33,401 bases of DNA from a virus (taxonomy: Duplodnaviria > Caudoviricetes): IMG/VR virus record IMGVR_UViG_3300020413_000035, positions 1 through 33,401 of that record; one strand, written 5' to 3'. Shown one piece after another: positions 1 to 9,081 of this stretch. A model generated the notes under the pieces. The model had not been told where the DNA came from, did no database searches, and saw only the letters and a program-made list of their open reading frames with translations. Positions within the stretch are counted from its first letter, which is position 1. Each line of letters starts with the position of its first letter. Made by a program: the position numbers and the translations under genes.

Positions 1-98
1 GATGTCTAAGAATACCTATTTGAATTTTTTAAAAAGAGAAAAGAAATACACCTTTTTAAATTACAAAGGAATGACTGAAAATGAAAAAAAGAAATTAA
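1..98. repeat. Terminal direct repeat / circular assembly overlap (left copy)
   Basis: 1-98 aligns to 33304-33401; exact over 23-98 (76 nt), mismatches at 5, 7 and 22. Confidence 0.95.
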
Positions 99-334
99 TA
101 GAAATGCCTAGAGTTTTTGAAAATGAAGAAAGCATTTACCAACAGGTAGATGATTATGTGAATACTTTTTACTGGTTTGATCGTAAGCTATTTGACTTGT
201 ACAGATACGAATTCAAATTACACAAAACTAACATGAGCAAAAAAACTAACATTTCTTATTCAACAATTCATAGAACAGTAAAGCGGTGTAAGGTTAAAAT
301 AAAGGACAAACTAAAGGATCAATACTATGAGTAA
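1..334 (+). CDS. C-terminal part of ECF/sigma70-like sigma factor (begins at 33071, ~188 aa across the junction)
   Basis: In frame with the ORF from 33071 through the overlap; KNTYLNFLKREKK (region 2-like) and C-terminal HTH-like MSKKTNISYSTIHRTVKR (region 4-like). Confidence 0.7.
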   Translation, partial: MSKNTYLNFLKREKKYTFLNYKGMTENEKKKLIEMPRVFENEESIYQQVDDYVNTFYWFDRKLFDLYRYEFKLHKTNMSKKTNISYSTIHRTVKRCKVKIKDKLKDQYYE

Positions 335-701
335 AAGCAAAGGCTTAGGAGATACAGTAAAAAAGGCTGCCAGATATTTAGGACTTGACAAGTTGGCTAA
401 AGAGTACGAGAAAGCAACAGGAAAAGATTGTGGCTGTGATGATAGGCAAGCATCTCTAAACAGATATTTTGCTTACAAGGGTACAATGTTTCAATGGGAA
501 TTTGAATACTTAGACAGCTTTTTTCTAAACTACAATGGCTCAAGACTAAAAAGTCATGACGAAAAAGAAATGCTTTATCAAATATCAAACAGGATTTTTA
601 ACAGAAAAGAAACTCCTTCTAACTGCTCTTCATGTCTAAAAAATATGATTAACGAATTAAAAACAGAGTTTGATAAGTATGAAAAGACTGGAAATAATTA
701 A
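327..701 (+). CDS. Hypothetical Cys-motif protein (CGC and CxxC, possible Zn binding)
   Basis: GLGDTV...DCGCDDR...LN and CSSC motifs; overlaps the sigma gene end. Confidence 0.7.
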   Translation: MSKSKGLGDTVKKAARYLGLDKLAKEYEKATGKDCGCDDRQASLNRYFAYKGTMFQWEFEYLDSFFLNYNGSRLKSHDEKEMLYQISNRIFNRKETPSNCSSCLKNMINELKTEFDKYEKTGNN

Positions 702-717
702 TTATTAAATAAAAATT

Positions 718-1326
718 ATGAATAGCGTAGAAAAAAGAAAGGTCGAATTAAGAGAAATTAAGCCATCAAAAAAAAACCCAAGATTAATTAAAAACAAAAA
801 ATATTTTGATTTAGTCGAATCATTGAAAAGTTTTCCTGAAATGCAGAAAATAAGGACTATTGTAGTTGATGAAAACATGATAACGTTAGGAGGTAATCAA
901 AGACTAAAAGCAGCAAAAGATGCAGGATTAAAAGAAGTTTGGATTGATCAAGCTATCGGATGGACTGATAAACAAAAACAAGAATTTGTAATTAAAGACA
1001 ATATTTCTGCAGGAGAATGGGACAATGACATTTTAGCAAATGAATTTGAAGCAGAAGACCTTAATGCATGGGGTATGGATGTTCCAATTATAGAAGGAGA
1101 AGAAGAAGACATCAAAGAGCAAGAAATAGAATTTAGCGAATACTTGGATGAATCTCACAACTATGTTGTTTTAACATTTGACAATGATATTGATTGGCTT
1201 TCTGCTCAAACTCATTTCAAACTGAAATCGGTTTATTCAAAAAGACAGAATGGCAAACCTTGGAGCAAGGGAGTTGGAAGAGTTGTAAATGGAGCGGAAT
1301 ATCTAAAGAACCTCAAGGATGAATAA
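718..1326 (+). CDS. ParB/Srx N-terminal domain protein
   Basis: NPR...LVESL...IVVDENM..LGGNQRLKAA...IKDN motif pattern; acidic linker and extra C-terminal domain. Confidence 0.85.
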   Translation: MNSVEKRKVELREIKPSKKNPRLIKNKKYFDLVESLKSFPEMQKIRTIVVDENMITLGGNQRLKAAKDAGLKEVWIDQAIGWTDKQKQEFVIKDNISAGEWDNDILANEFEAEDLNAWGMDVPIIEGEEEDIKEQEIEFSEYLDESHNYVVLTFDNDIDWLSAQTHFKLKSVYSKRQNGKPWSKGVGRVVNGAEYLKNLKDE

Positions 1327-2035
1327 CATTTACATCATTTCTTATAAAAGACCAGAGATTGTTAGGACGTATGATTATTTAGGAACAGGGCATATAATTG
1401 TGCCTAAATCTCAGGAAAAAGATTACAGAAAGAAATATGGAGATGCTGTTCTTTCAATACCAGATAAACAAGATGGATCAGAGTGCAGAAAAAGAAATGC
1501 TGTAATCGATTTAATAAAAGAAAGAGAACCAAATGGCATTGGTTGGATGATTGATGATGATCTACTTTATCTAAAAAGAAAAAAAGAAAGGGGGGTTTTG
1601 TCTGGAGATCAAGCTTTGGAAGTAATGGAAATTTTGCAGATAATGATGGAAGATTCAAACATAACATTTTCTGGGTTTGATTATACAGAGGATAATATGA
1701 AAAATAAAGATTTTGCACCATTTAGTTTAACAAAGTTTTTTTGTCAAATGGTTTTATTAAATGTCAATGATGGGCTAAGATATGATGAAAGAATGCGAGT
1801 AAATGGTGACTTAGATTTTTGGGTACAAAAAATGCAAAGAAATAGAAGAATTTTAAAAATGAATCAATTTGCTGCAATTTGTTATGGAGAAGAAGGAGGC
1901 GAGGGTTCGGTTATAGGCTGGGATGAATCAGACAGAACAAAAGCACATAAATTTATAAATAAAAAATTTGGCTTTCCAATAACAACTTGGAACAAAACAA
2001 GATGGGAATATAAAACTCCAATCAAAGGCATATGA
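1319..2035 (+). CDS. TAGT/GREB1-like GT-A glycosyltransferase 1
   Basis: IYIISYKRP, RN, MIDDDL (DxD), D.DF..Q motifs. Confidence 0.7.
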   Translation: MNNIYIISYKRPEIVRTYDYLGTGHIIVPKSQEKDYRKKYGDAVLSIPDKQDGSECRKRNAVIDLIKEREPNGIGWMIDDDLLYLKRKKERGVLSGDQALEVMEILQIMMEDSNITFSGFDYTEDNMKNKDFAPFSLTKFFCQMVLLNVNDGLRYDERMRVNGDLDFWVQKMQRNRRILKMNQFAAICYGEEGGEGSVIGWDESDRTKAHKFINKKFGFPITTWNKTRWEYKTPIKGI

Positions 2036-2775
2036 AGATTTACAGTCCATCTTACAAAAGACCTAATGGATTAAAAACTCACAAATTAATTCCTGAAGTA
2101 ATTTATTGTATTGATAAAAAGGATCAAAAAGATTACAAAAAAAATAATGTGAATTTGCACATCTTGCCAGATGGAATTCAGGGCAATATTTCAAGGGTAA
2201 GAAATTACATAAAAGATGAACTCGTAAAGGACAAGGGATTGATCATTGATGATGACATTGAAGCTATAAAAATATGGACAAAAAAAGATGATTTACCTTA
2301 TCCAAAAAAGATCGATGACATTATTGAGTTCTTTGAAATGGCTTTCAATTTTTGTGAAGAAGCAAATTGCAAACTCTGGGGGGTAAACATTGTTGGAGAT
2401 AAAGGATCATACAGGGAGTACACACCAATCAGTTTTACAAATTGGATTTCTGGCAGTTTAATGGGATTCATAAATAATGAATGCAACTTTGATGAAAGAA
2501 TACCTTTGAAAGAAGATTTAGATTTCTCTTTACAAACGTTACATAAGTACAGAAAGCTGATTAGATTCAATTTTGTGCATCTGGTCAAAAAGGATCACGG
2601 AAACATTGGAGGTTGTGCTGATTATAGAACAATTGCAAAAGAGAAAGAACAATTTAAAATCTTCCAACGTAAATGGGGAACAGACATTGTAAAATCTGAT
2701 ACAACACAAAAAGGAAAAAAGAAGAAAACTTTTGATATCAACCCAATAATTAAAGTGCCAATAAAAGGAGTATAG
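2032..2775 (+). CDS. TAGT/GREB1-like GT-A glycosyltransferase 2
   Basis: IYSPSYKRP, RN, IIDDDI, KEDLDFSLQ, GGC motifs; ATGA overlap with the paralog. Confidence 0.75.
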   Translation: MKIYSPSYKRPNGLKTHKLIPEVIYCIDKKDQKDYKKNNVNLHILPDGIQGNISRVRNYIKDELVKDKGLIIDDDIEAIKIWTKKDDLPYPKKIDDIIEFFEMAFNFCEEANCKLWGVNIVGDKGSYREYTPISFTNWISGSLMGFINNECNFDERIPLKEDLDFSLQTLHKYRKLIRFNFVHLVKKDHGNIGGCADYRTIAKEKEQFKIFQRKWGTDIVKSDTTQKGKKKKTFDINPIIKVPIKGV

Positions 2776-2804
2776 GCTTTAAAAATCCCTTTAAAATTAA
2801 AATT

Positions 2805-2826
2805 AACAGAGAGAAAACAGAGAGAA
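2805..2826 (+). repeat. 11-bp tandem repeat AACAGAGAGAA x2 immediately upstream of terS
   Basis: Directly visible. Confidence 0.7.
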
Positions 2827-2829
2827 ATA

Positions 2830-3180
2830 ATGGCTAACGAAGAAAACTTAAAAGTTTTTAAAAAGGGACAATCAGGCAATCCAAAAGGTAGACCTAAAGG
2901 TGTGCCAAATAGAAGTAAAACAATATTAGATATTTTATCACTAGAGCAAAAGGCTGTAAATCCTATAACAAAAAATGAAGAAATATTAAATCAATTTCAA
3001 TTAGTTGTATTAGCTATGCTGAAAAAAGCAAGAACAGGAGATGTAAGAGCAGCACAATGGCTTTTAGATAATGGCTATGGCAAATTAATTGAAAATTTTG
3101 AAGTTAATCAAACAGGAGAAAATACAGGAAACTTAAAGGATTTAATACGTGCATTTAGATCAAACGATTCAGATACATGA
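2830..3180 (+). CDS. terS: Terminase small subunit
   Basis: FKKGQSGNPKGRPKG motif, GDVRAA..L.D.GYGK; directly before TerL. Confidence 0.8.
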   Translation: MANEENLKVFKKGQSGNPKGRPKGVPNRSKTILDILSLEQKAVNPITKNEEILNQFQLVVLAMLKKARTGDVRAAQWLLDNGYGKLIENFEVNQTGENTGNLKDLIRAFRSNDSDT

Positions 3181-4372
3181 TAAATACCTAAAACCGTTTC
3201 TAAATGATAGCAGGTACTTTATCGTAACAGGAGGCAGAGGAAGCAGTAAATCTTTTTCTATTTGCTTTATAGTTCTTGCTTTAATATCTGAAGAAACAGG
3301 ACATAGTGTATTGTTTACAAGATACACTTTACGATCTGCATCAATATCAATCATACCAGAATTTATAGAAAAAATAGAATTGGCAAATATGATAGATCAA
3401 TTTTATGTAACAAGGGATGAAATAATACATAAAAAAACTGGTAGCAAAATAATCTTTAGAGGATTAAAAACATCTAGTGGAGATCAGACAGCTAGTTTAA
3501 AATCACTTACAGGCATTTCTACTTGGGTAATGGATGAGGCAGAAGAGTTAAACAGCGAGGATGTTTTTGACAAGATAGATTTATCAGTTAGAGAGCAAGG
3601 TGTTTTAAACCGTGTTATAATGATTTTAAACCCCACAACTAAGGAGCATTGGATATATACTAGATTTTTTGAATCGAAGGGCGTAGAAGGTGGTTTTAAT
3701 GGCTCTAAAGATGATACAACCTACATACACACAACTTACTTAGATAATATTAAAAACCTTTCTGAAAGTTTCCTGCAAAGGATCGAACAAATGAAATTAC
3801 GCAGACCTGAGAGATACAAGCACCAAGTTCTAGGAGGATGGCAAGCGAAAGCTGAGGGAGTAATTTTTGAGAACTGGAAGTTAGGAGATTTTAAAGAAGT
3901 TGGAAAAATTGTAGCAGGTGCAGATTTCGGATTTTCTACAGATCCATCAACTTTAATTTTAACTAGTATTGACAAGGATAACAAAATCATTTATTTAAAA
4001 GAGTGTTTTTATTTAAAAGGATTGACAACATCTGAACTTTCTGATTTATATCAAAAGCATGCGAAGGATAATCTCATAATCGCAGATTCAGCTTCACCAA
4101 GACTAATTCACGAATTGGCTTTAAAATCAAATGTAAAAGCAAGTATCAAAGGACAAGGCTCAGTTATCTATGGGATAAGTTTAATGCTAGACTATGATCT
4201 GATAGTCGACCCTGAAAGTAAAAATCTAATAAAAGAACTAAATAATTATAGATGGCTAGAAAAGAAAAGCCAAACTCCAATTTCAGATTTTGACCATTGC
4301 ATTGATGCAATCCGTTATAGTGTTGCTTATCAATTAGCAAACCCTTATGCAGGACAATATCATATTATTTAA
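3149..4372 (+). CDS. terL: Terminase large subunit (PBSX-like)
   Basis: Walker A GGRGSSKS, Walker B WVMDEAEE, LNP, nuclease DFGFSTDP and DHCIDAIRY; exact start uncertain. Confidence 0.95.
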   Translation: MHLDQTIQIHDKYLKPFLNDSRYFIVTGGRGSSKSFSICFIVLALISEETGHSVLFTRYTLRSASISIIPEFIEKIELANMIDQFYVTRDEIIHKKTGSKIIFRGLKTSSGDQTASLKSLTGISTWVMDEAEELNSEDVFDKIDLSVREQGVLNRVIMILNPTTKEHWIYTRFFESKGVEGGFNGSKDDTTYIHTTYLDNIKNLSESFLQRIEQMKLRRPERYKHQVLGGWQAKAEGVIFENWKLGDFKEVGKIVAGADFGFSTDPSTLILTSIDKDNKIIYLKECFYLKGLTTSELSDLYQKHAKDNLIIADSASPRLIHELALKSNVKASIKGQGSVIYGISLMLDYDLIVDPESKNLIKELNNYRWLEKKSQTPISDFDHCIDAIRYSVAYQLANPYAGQYHII

Positions 4373-4380
4373 AAAAAGTA

Positions 4381-4420
4381 GACAGAAAAACCGTAGCATA
4401 ATTGCTTATATAATATAACC
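4381..4420 (+). promoter_or_regulatory. Putative late promoter GACAGAA-N12-AATTGCT-N7-TATAACC (copy 1)
   Basis: Same three blocks and spacing at 14762-14801; both intergenic and just upstream of structural gene blocks. Confidence 0.7.
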
Positions 4421-4429
4421 ACACTAAAG

Positions 4430-5113
4430 ATGGTAACACAGAAAATAAACGTACCGAATAAACTTTCTGAAATCACTCTAGGACAATACCAGAAATTCAG
4501 CAAGATATTTAATGAAGATACAGACCAAGACTTCTTGCAAAAAAAGATGGTTGAGATATTTTGTGGCATACCCCTAGCAGATGTAAATAAGATTAAATAC
4601 AGTTCTGTTAAAAAGGTAGTAGATACAATCTCTAAAATGTTTAATGAAAAGCCTAAACTGAAAAAGATATTTGACTTTGGCGGAAAACAGTTTGGTTTTC
4701 ATCCACAGCTTTCAGAGATGACATTTGGCGAGTTTGTAGATGCAGACACCTTTACAGGGGATTGGGATACTATGGACAAAGCTATGAGTGTTTTGTATCG
4801 ACCCATCAAAGATAAATTTAACAATAGTTATCTGATTGAGGAGTACGATGGAGAAACAAAAGAGTTTATGAAAGAGATGCCTTTGGATGTAGCCTTTGGT
4901 GCGATTTTTTTTTTGTGGAATTTAAGAAACGAACTCATGCAACTTATCCTAAACTATTCAGCCAAAAAGATGAAGAAGCTTACCCCACGACAAGTTCAAG
5001 TTTTGGAGCAAAATGGGGATGGTATAGCTCGATGTATAGCCTCGCTAGAGAGGACATCACAAAGTTTGAAGAAGTTGAAAGGCTCGGAGTTAACACCTGC
5101 CTTACATGGTTGA
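4430..5113 (+). CDS. Tail assembly chaperone-like protein (0-frame product)
   Basis: EITLGQYQ and MTFGEFVD motifs; T10 slippery run at 4905-4914. Confidence 0.6.
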   Translation: MVTQKINVPNKLSEITLGQYQKFSKIFNEDTDQDFLQKKMVEIFCGIPLADVNKIKYSSVKKVVDTISKMFNEKPKLKKIFDFGGKQFGFHPQLSEMTFGEFVDADTFTGDWDTMDKAMSVLYRPIKDKFNNSYLIEEYDGETKEFMKEMPLDVAFGAIFFLWNLRNELMQLILNYSAKKMKKLTPRQVQVLEQNGDGIARCIASLERTSQSLKKLKGSELTPALHG

Positions 5114-5184
5114 CATTTGTAAAAGAAAAGAATGAACTCGAACAAACCCAAATCCGAAATGCTAGACAAAACCAACTTAGTTGA
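4905..5184 (+). CDS. -1 frameshift extension of the chaperone (gpGT-like)
   Basis: T TTT TTT slippery site; -1 frame open to 5184 with protein-like FGAKWGWYSSMYSLA sequence. Confidence 0.65.
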
Positions 5185-5440
5185 TTCGCTTTATGAAAGG
5201 CGATTGCTTGAAGATGATGAAGAAATAGTTTTATCAGATGGCTTTGATGCTGCACTAATTGGTGTAAGTAGTTCAGACCCTAAAATTGCTATATACGACT
5301 TTTGGAAGGCTTTAGACTGCATCATAAAGAAAAACCCAGACTTAGAGTTTAATTCTGCATTAGATTGGTTAGAAGATTTTAGCAAACTTAAAATCGAGGG
5401 AAGCGAAGACTTAACACCAATTTTTGTAAAAACACTATGA
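5159..5440 (+). CDS. Conserved phage hypothetical protein
   Basis: DGFDAALIG...YD...TPIF pattern; start 5132 or 5159. Confidence 0.6.
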   Translation: MLDKTNLVDSLYERRLLEDDEEIVLSDGFDAALIGVSSSDPKIAIYDFWKALDCIIKKNPDLEFNSALDWLEDFSKLKIEGSEDLTPIFVKTL

Positions 5441-5892
5441 ACACATATTTTAAAGTAATTGAAGATATTAAGACTGCTCTTAATGCAGAACCTTTTATAA
5501 ACAAAGTCAGTCAGGGGGACATCTATGAAGTCGATTTGAGCAAGAAAACGCTGTTCCCCTTGGCTCACTTAATTATTGATAGTATAGACATACAGACAAA
5601 CAGAATACAGTTATCTCTAAGTCTTTTGCTTATGGATATTGTTGATCTATCAAAAGAATCCTCTAGTGATTTAATCAGGGGAAATGACAACGAACTTGAT
5701 GCGATTAACAACATGATAAACGTAGCAGCAAGACTCCAGGCTGTATTATCTAGAACAGAAACCTATCATGCAAACTACGAACTAGAAGGATCATTAAGCT
5801 GTACACCATTTAAAGAAAGATTTGAAAACAACCTAGCAGGAGTAAGTGCAGACTTTACAATTAACCTTGCTAACGATATGACAAAGTGCTAA
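5437..5892 (+). CDS. Putative tail terminator/completion protein
   Basis: 151 aa, GDIYEVDL.K.TLFPL.H; position within tail module. Confidence 0.5.
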   Translation: MNTYFKVIEDIKTALNAEPFINKVSQGDIYEVDLSKKTLFPLAHLIIDSIDIQTNRIQLSLSLLLMDIVDLSKESSSDLIRGNDNELDAINNMINVAARLQAVLSRTETYHANYELEGSLSCTPFKERFENNLAGVSADFTINLANDMTKC

Positions 5893-6455
5893 TGGCTACT
5901 CTAAGCGACTTTATGAAATTTACTAAGATAGTTTTTGATGACTTTGCTAAGTATGTCGAAGACAATTCTAGGAAAAGGTTTCTCAGAAAATATAAGTTTC
6001 AGAAAAAAGCATCTTCAAAGGGAAAGCTTTATAACGCAATAGACTCTAATGTAGAAGTTTTTGAAAACAGCATCCTAGTCCGCTTCCCATTTATGAAAGA
6101 TGTAGACTATGCAAAGTTTGTAGATCAGGGTGTAAAAGGCAAGACATCGACTTATAGTCCATCAAAGGGATCACCTTTTAGGTTTGGATCAGGGAATAAA
6201 GATGGAGGCCTTAGAGAAGGCATTAACAAATGGGTAAAAGCTAAGAGGTTTCAGTTTAGAACAGAGGATGGCAAGTTTATGAGTTACCAATCTATGACTT
6301 ATCTAATCTCAAGGAAAATCTACAATAAGGGAATCCCTGCTAAAAAGTTTTTTACTAGATCATTTGATGAAGCCTACGAAAACCTACCCCAAGAAATTGT
6401 TGAGGCATTTGCCCTAGATGTAAAAGAACGATTTAAAGAATTTACTAAGAAATGA
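5886..6455 (+). CDS. Putative neck/tail-completion protein
   Basis: Basic protein with YAKFVDQGVKG and I..KGI....FF motifs. Confidence 0.5.
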   Translation: MLMATLSDFMKFTKIVFDDFAKYVEDNSRKRFLRKYKFQKKASSKGKLYNAIDSNVEVFENSILVRFPFMKDVDYAKFVDQGVKGKTSTYSPSKGSPFRFGSGNKDGGLREGINKWVKAKRFQFRTEDGKFMSYQSMTYLISRKIYNKGIPAKKFFTRSFDEAYENLPQEIVEAFALDVKERFKEFTKK

Positions 6456-8092
6456 GTACAAAAATAAACGCAAGAAGCCCACACTATCTTTCCTACACAG
6501 AACCTGCCCTTCCGACGGTTGCCCTTACTTGTACACTTGTAAACTTGCAAGGCATGGAGGTTAATCAGTTTGGTGCAATTCAGTTACCTACGACAGACTT
6601 CGGAACTCTTAAATCATACACAAGCACAGCATCCGACTTTTCAAATACAAAGTTTGCAACAGTAAGCTCACCAACAAGTAGAACAGTTAATTTTTCCGTT
6701 GCCATACCTTCAAACTACAGTAACTCAGGTGATGAAATACTTACTTGCTCTGCAACAGCAACACAACCTGCTTACACCTGCACAGGAGGAATCACAAATA
6801 ACGGATCAATACCTAACCAATCACTAAACACAGGAGGGGCAACTGCAACAATAACCCTTACAAGTTATTTTACTGGTAGTATTCAGGGATATGTTATAGG
6901 AAACCCATTTACAGATTTTGTCGCTACTTCTATTGATGGGGATATTTTAAGCTTATTCTCTCAAAGTAAAGCAGGAGTAAAAACAATCTCAGTAACAGCA
7001 TTTGATGGCAATGATCTTACTTGCGATGCTACTCAGACTATACAAGTTACTACAACCTCAGTATCAGCTTTTGCTTGTGCCGATGCGTTTTTAACAGGAG
7101 GAGCAATAAGTCAATCGGGAGCAATCACAGACCCTACCCTTGAAGGTGTTATCACAGCTAGGAAAAGTACATCAGCAGGATCAACTATTACATCTTACTC
7201 AGCAAACACAACAGGATCAGCTAGAGATGTTACTCTTTTCTTTGACATAACAGTTCCTACAGGGTTTAGTAATACAGGGGCAACAGTTGAATGCTCAAAG
7301 ACTTTTTCACAGCCATCTACTACCCTACCTCCTTTTGGTTGTACTGATGCAGGGTTAACAGGTCAAGGTATTGCAGTAAATGGAAGTATTAAAAAAGGGA
7401 CAGCAAACAAAGGAACGATCACAGCATTTAGTCCAATATCGTTTTCTAATGTATCTACAAACACAGATAGAGATGTAACCTTTTCTATAACCCCACCATC
7501 TAGTGGATACTCTAATAGCGGAGGAAGTGATATAAGTTGCACAATAACAATGCAACAACCTGCACCAGATATTCCAGCTCAAGGTAATGTGAGATGGTAC
7601 GCTGCTTTACAAAGTTGGCAATTTATGACTAACGAGCAATTTACTGCAGCAGGGTATAATATGAATACAATAAATCAGCGTGATAGATCATCAGGAAGGG
7701 TTTTACAGTATAATCTTGACCTAGAACAAAATAATTTAAGAGTAACAGCCTGTAATTTAGAATTAAGATTGACAAGTTCTGCAATTTTAGATAATATAAA
7801 TACAGCAGTTTATTCTAAACGTAACCTTTATGGCAATAGTAATAATTTTTCATTGCTTAATCAAACACAATTTTATGCTACTGATCCATTAACACCAAAC
7901 CCAACAGGGGGTGTATATATTAGAATTTCAGAAAGCTATGAGAACAAATCATGGGTAAATGCACCTGATTATCAACTTAGCTACTGGGATAGCTTGTCTA
8001 AAAGCTACTGGATAAAACTGGAACTTACTGGTTATATCTCTGAAATATGGAGTGTGAACTCTACAAGTCGAACCTTTTCAAGATTAGTATAA
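6452..8092 (+). CDS. Ser/Thr-rich virion protein with Cys-bracketed beta repeats (possible adhesin/receptor-binding protein)
   Basis: Three internal repeats plus one Ig/cadherin-like segment; tail module location. Confidence 0.6.
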   Translation: MSTKINARSPHYLSYTEPALPTVALTCTLVNLQGMEVNQFGAIQLPTTDFGTLKSYTSTASDFSNTKFATVSSPTSRTVNFSVAIPSNYSNSGDEILTCSATATQPAYTCTGGITNNGSIPNQSLNTGGATATITLTSYFTGSIQGYVIGNPFTDFVATSIDGDILSLFSQSKAGVKTISVTAFDGNDLTCDATQTIQVTTTSVSAFACADAFLTGGAISQSGAITDPTLEGVITARKSTSAGSTITSYSANTTGSARDVTLFFDITVPTGFSNTGATVECSKTFSQPSTTLPPFGCTDAGLTGQGIAVNGSIKKGTANKGTITAFSPISFSNVSTNTDRDVTFSITPPSSGYSNSGGSDISCTITMQQPAPDIPAQGNVRWYAALQSWQFMTNEQFTAAGYNMNTINQRDRSSGRVLQYNLDLEQNNLRVTACNLELRLTSSAILDNINTAVYSKRNLYGNSNNFSLLNQTQFYATDPLTPNPTGGVYIRISESYENKSWVNAPDYQLSYWDSLSKSYWIKLELTGYISEIWSVNSTSRTFSRLV

Positions 8093-9081
8093 TGCCTTTA
8101 AAAACAATTGACCTACAAATTTATATTTACTCAGGAACGCAAGGCTCTTACTCTGATTCAGATTTGAGATACACAATTACAAAAGAGAAACTAACAAACG
8201 ATACAAATATAATCTTTGAGGTTTCTGAACTTGTAAGAGATTACTTAGACCTAACTTTTAACAATGACTACATTTCAAGAACTCTCTGGGTAACAACAAT
8301 CGCAACACTTAAAGATGATGCTAATATAGTCTTTACCTATGGATCGCCTATCACAAATCACTACCTAGCACTTGAGGGATACGGATATTTTGAGGATCAG
8401 ATTAACCCACAACTTAGTACAAATGCTTTAATAACTACAAGCAACATTTATCTACCTGATGACACAGCAGGAAAGATTCCAATATTTGCAGAAGGTGTTG
8501 GAAAGTATGTAATTGGATCAACAACAACACAGGTTACAGATGATGGAAATACTAATCAAAAGATTCAGTACATAACTGTCCCTGCTAATACAACAGATAA
8601 TGTTGTAATCTATGGAACAGATGATGCAACTGTAGTTAAAACAATCGTAGTAAATAACGTATGTGAACCGAAATTTACTCCTTACAAAATAACCTTTGTC
8701 AATCGCTTAGGTGCTTACCAAGACCTTTGGGTGTTTAAAAAGACTACAGAAAAGTTTGCTGTAAATGATGAAACCTACAAAGCAAATACTGTAAGCAATT
8801 CTAGTGTTACTTACAATGTCTATGAAGGACAAGAGAGAAGATACAATGCAAATGCTAAAACCTCTCTTACACTTAACACAGGATATGTCAAAGAGGATTT
8901 TACAAGTGCTATAGAGGAATTGTTTCTATCTGAAAATACTTGGATTAGAATTGACAGTCAAACTCTGCCCATAATAATGAAAACCAAATCTATGACTATG
9001 AAAACAGTTCTTAATGATAGACTTATAGACTACACAATTGACATAGATTTTGCATTTGACAAAATAAACAATGTTCGATAA
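8092..9081 (+). CDS. Putative distal tail/baseplate protein
   Basis: TAATG overlap supports the 8092 start; F.NRLGA...W.F and LTLNTGY motifs; precedes the large tail protein. Confidence 0.55.
   Translation: MPLKTIDLQIYIYSGTQGSYSDSDLRYTITKEKLTNDTNIIFEVSELVRDYLDLTFNNDYISRTLWVTTIATLKDDANIVFTYGSPITNHYLALEGYGYFEDQINPQLSTNALITTSNIYLPDDTAGKIPIFAEGVGKYVIGSTTTQVTDDGNTNQKIQYITVPANTTDNVVIYGTDDATVVKTIVVNNVCEPKFTPYKITFVNRLGAYQDLWVFKKTTEKFAVNDETYKANTVSNSSVTYNVYEGQERRYNANAKTSLTLNTGYVKEDFTSAIEELFLSENTWIRIDSQTLPIIMKTKSMTMKTVLNDRLIDYTIDIDFAFDKINNVR

Noticed and set aside
5111-5134. Stop readthrough joining ORF 4430 and ORF 5132 (same frame)
   Set aside because: Two in-frame stops (TGA, then TAA) intervene
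8047-8092. Frameshift fusion of ORF 6452 with ORF 8092
   Set aside because: No canonical slippery heptamer; the TAATG overlap is explained by translational coupling
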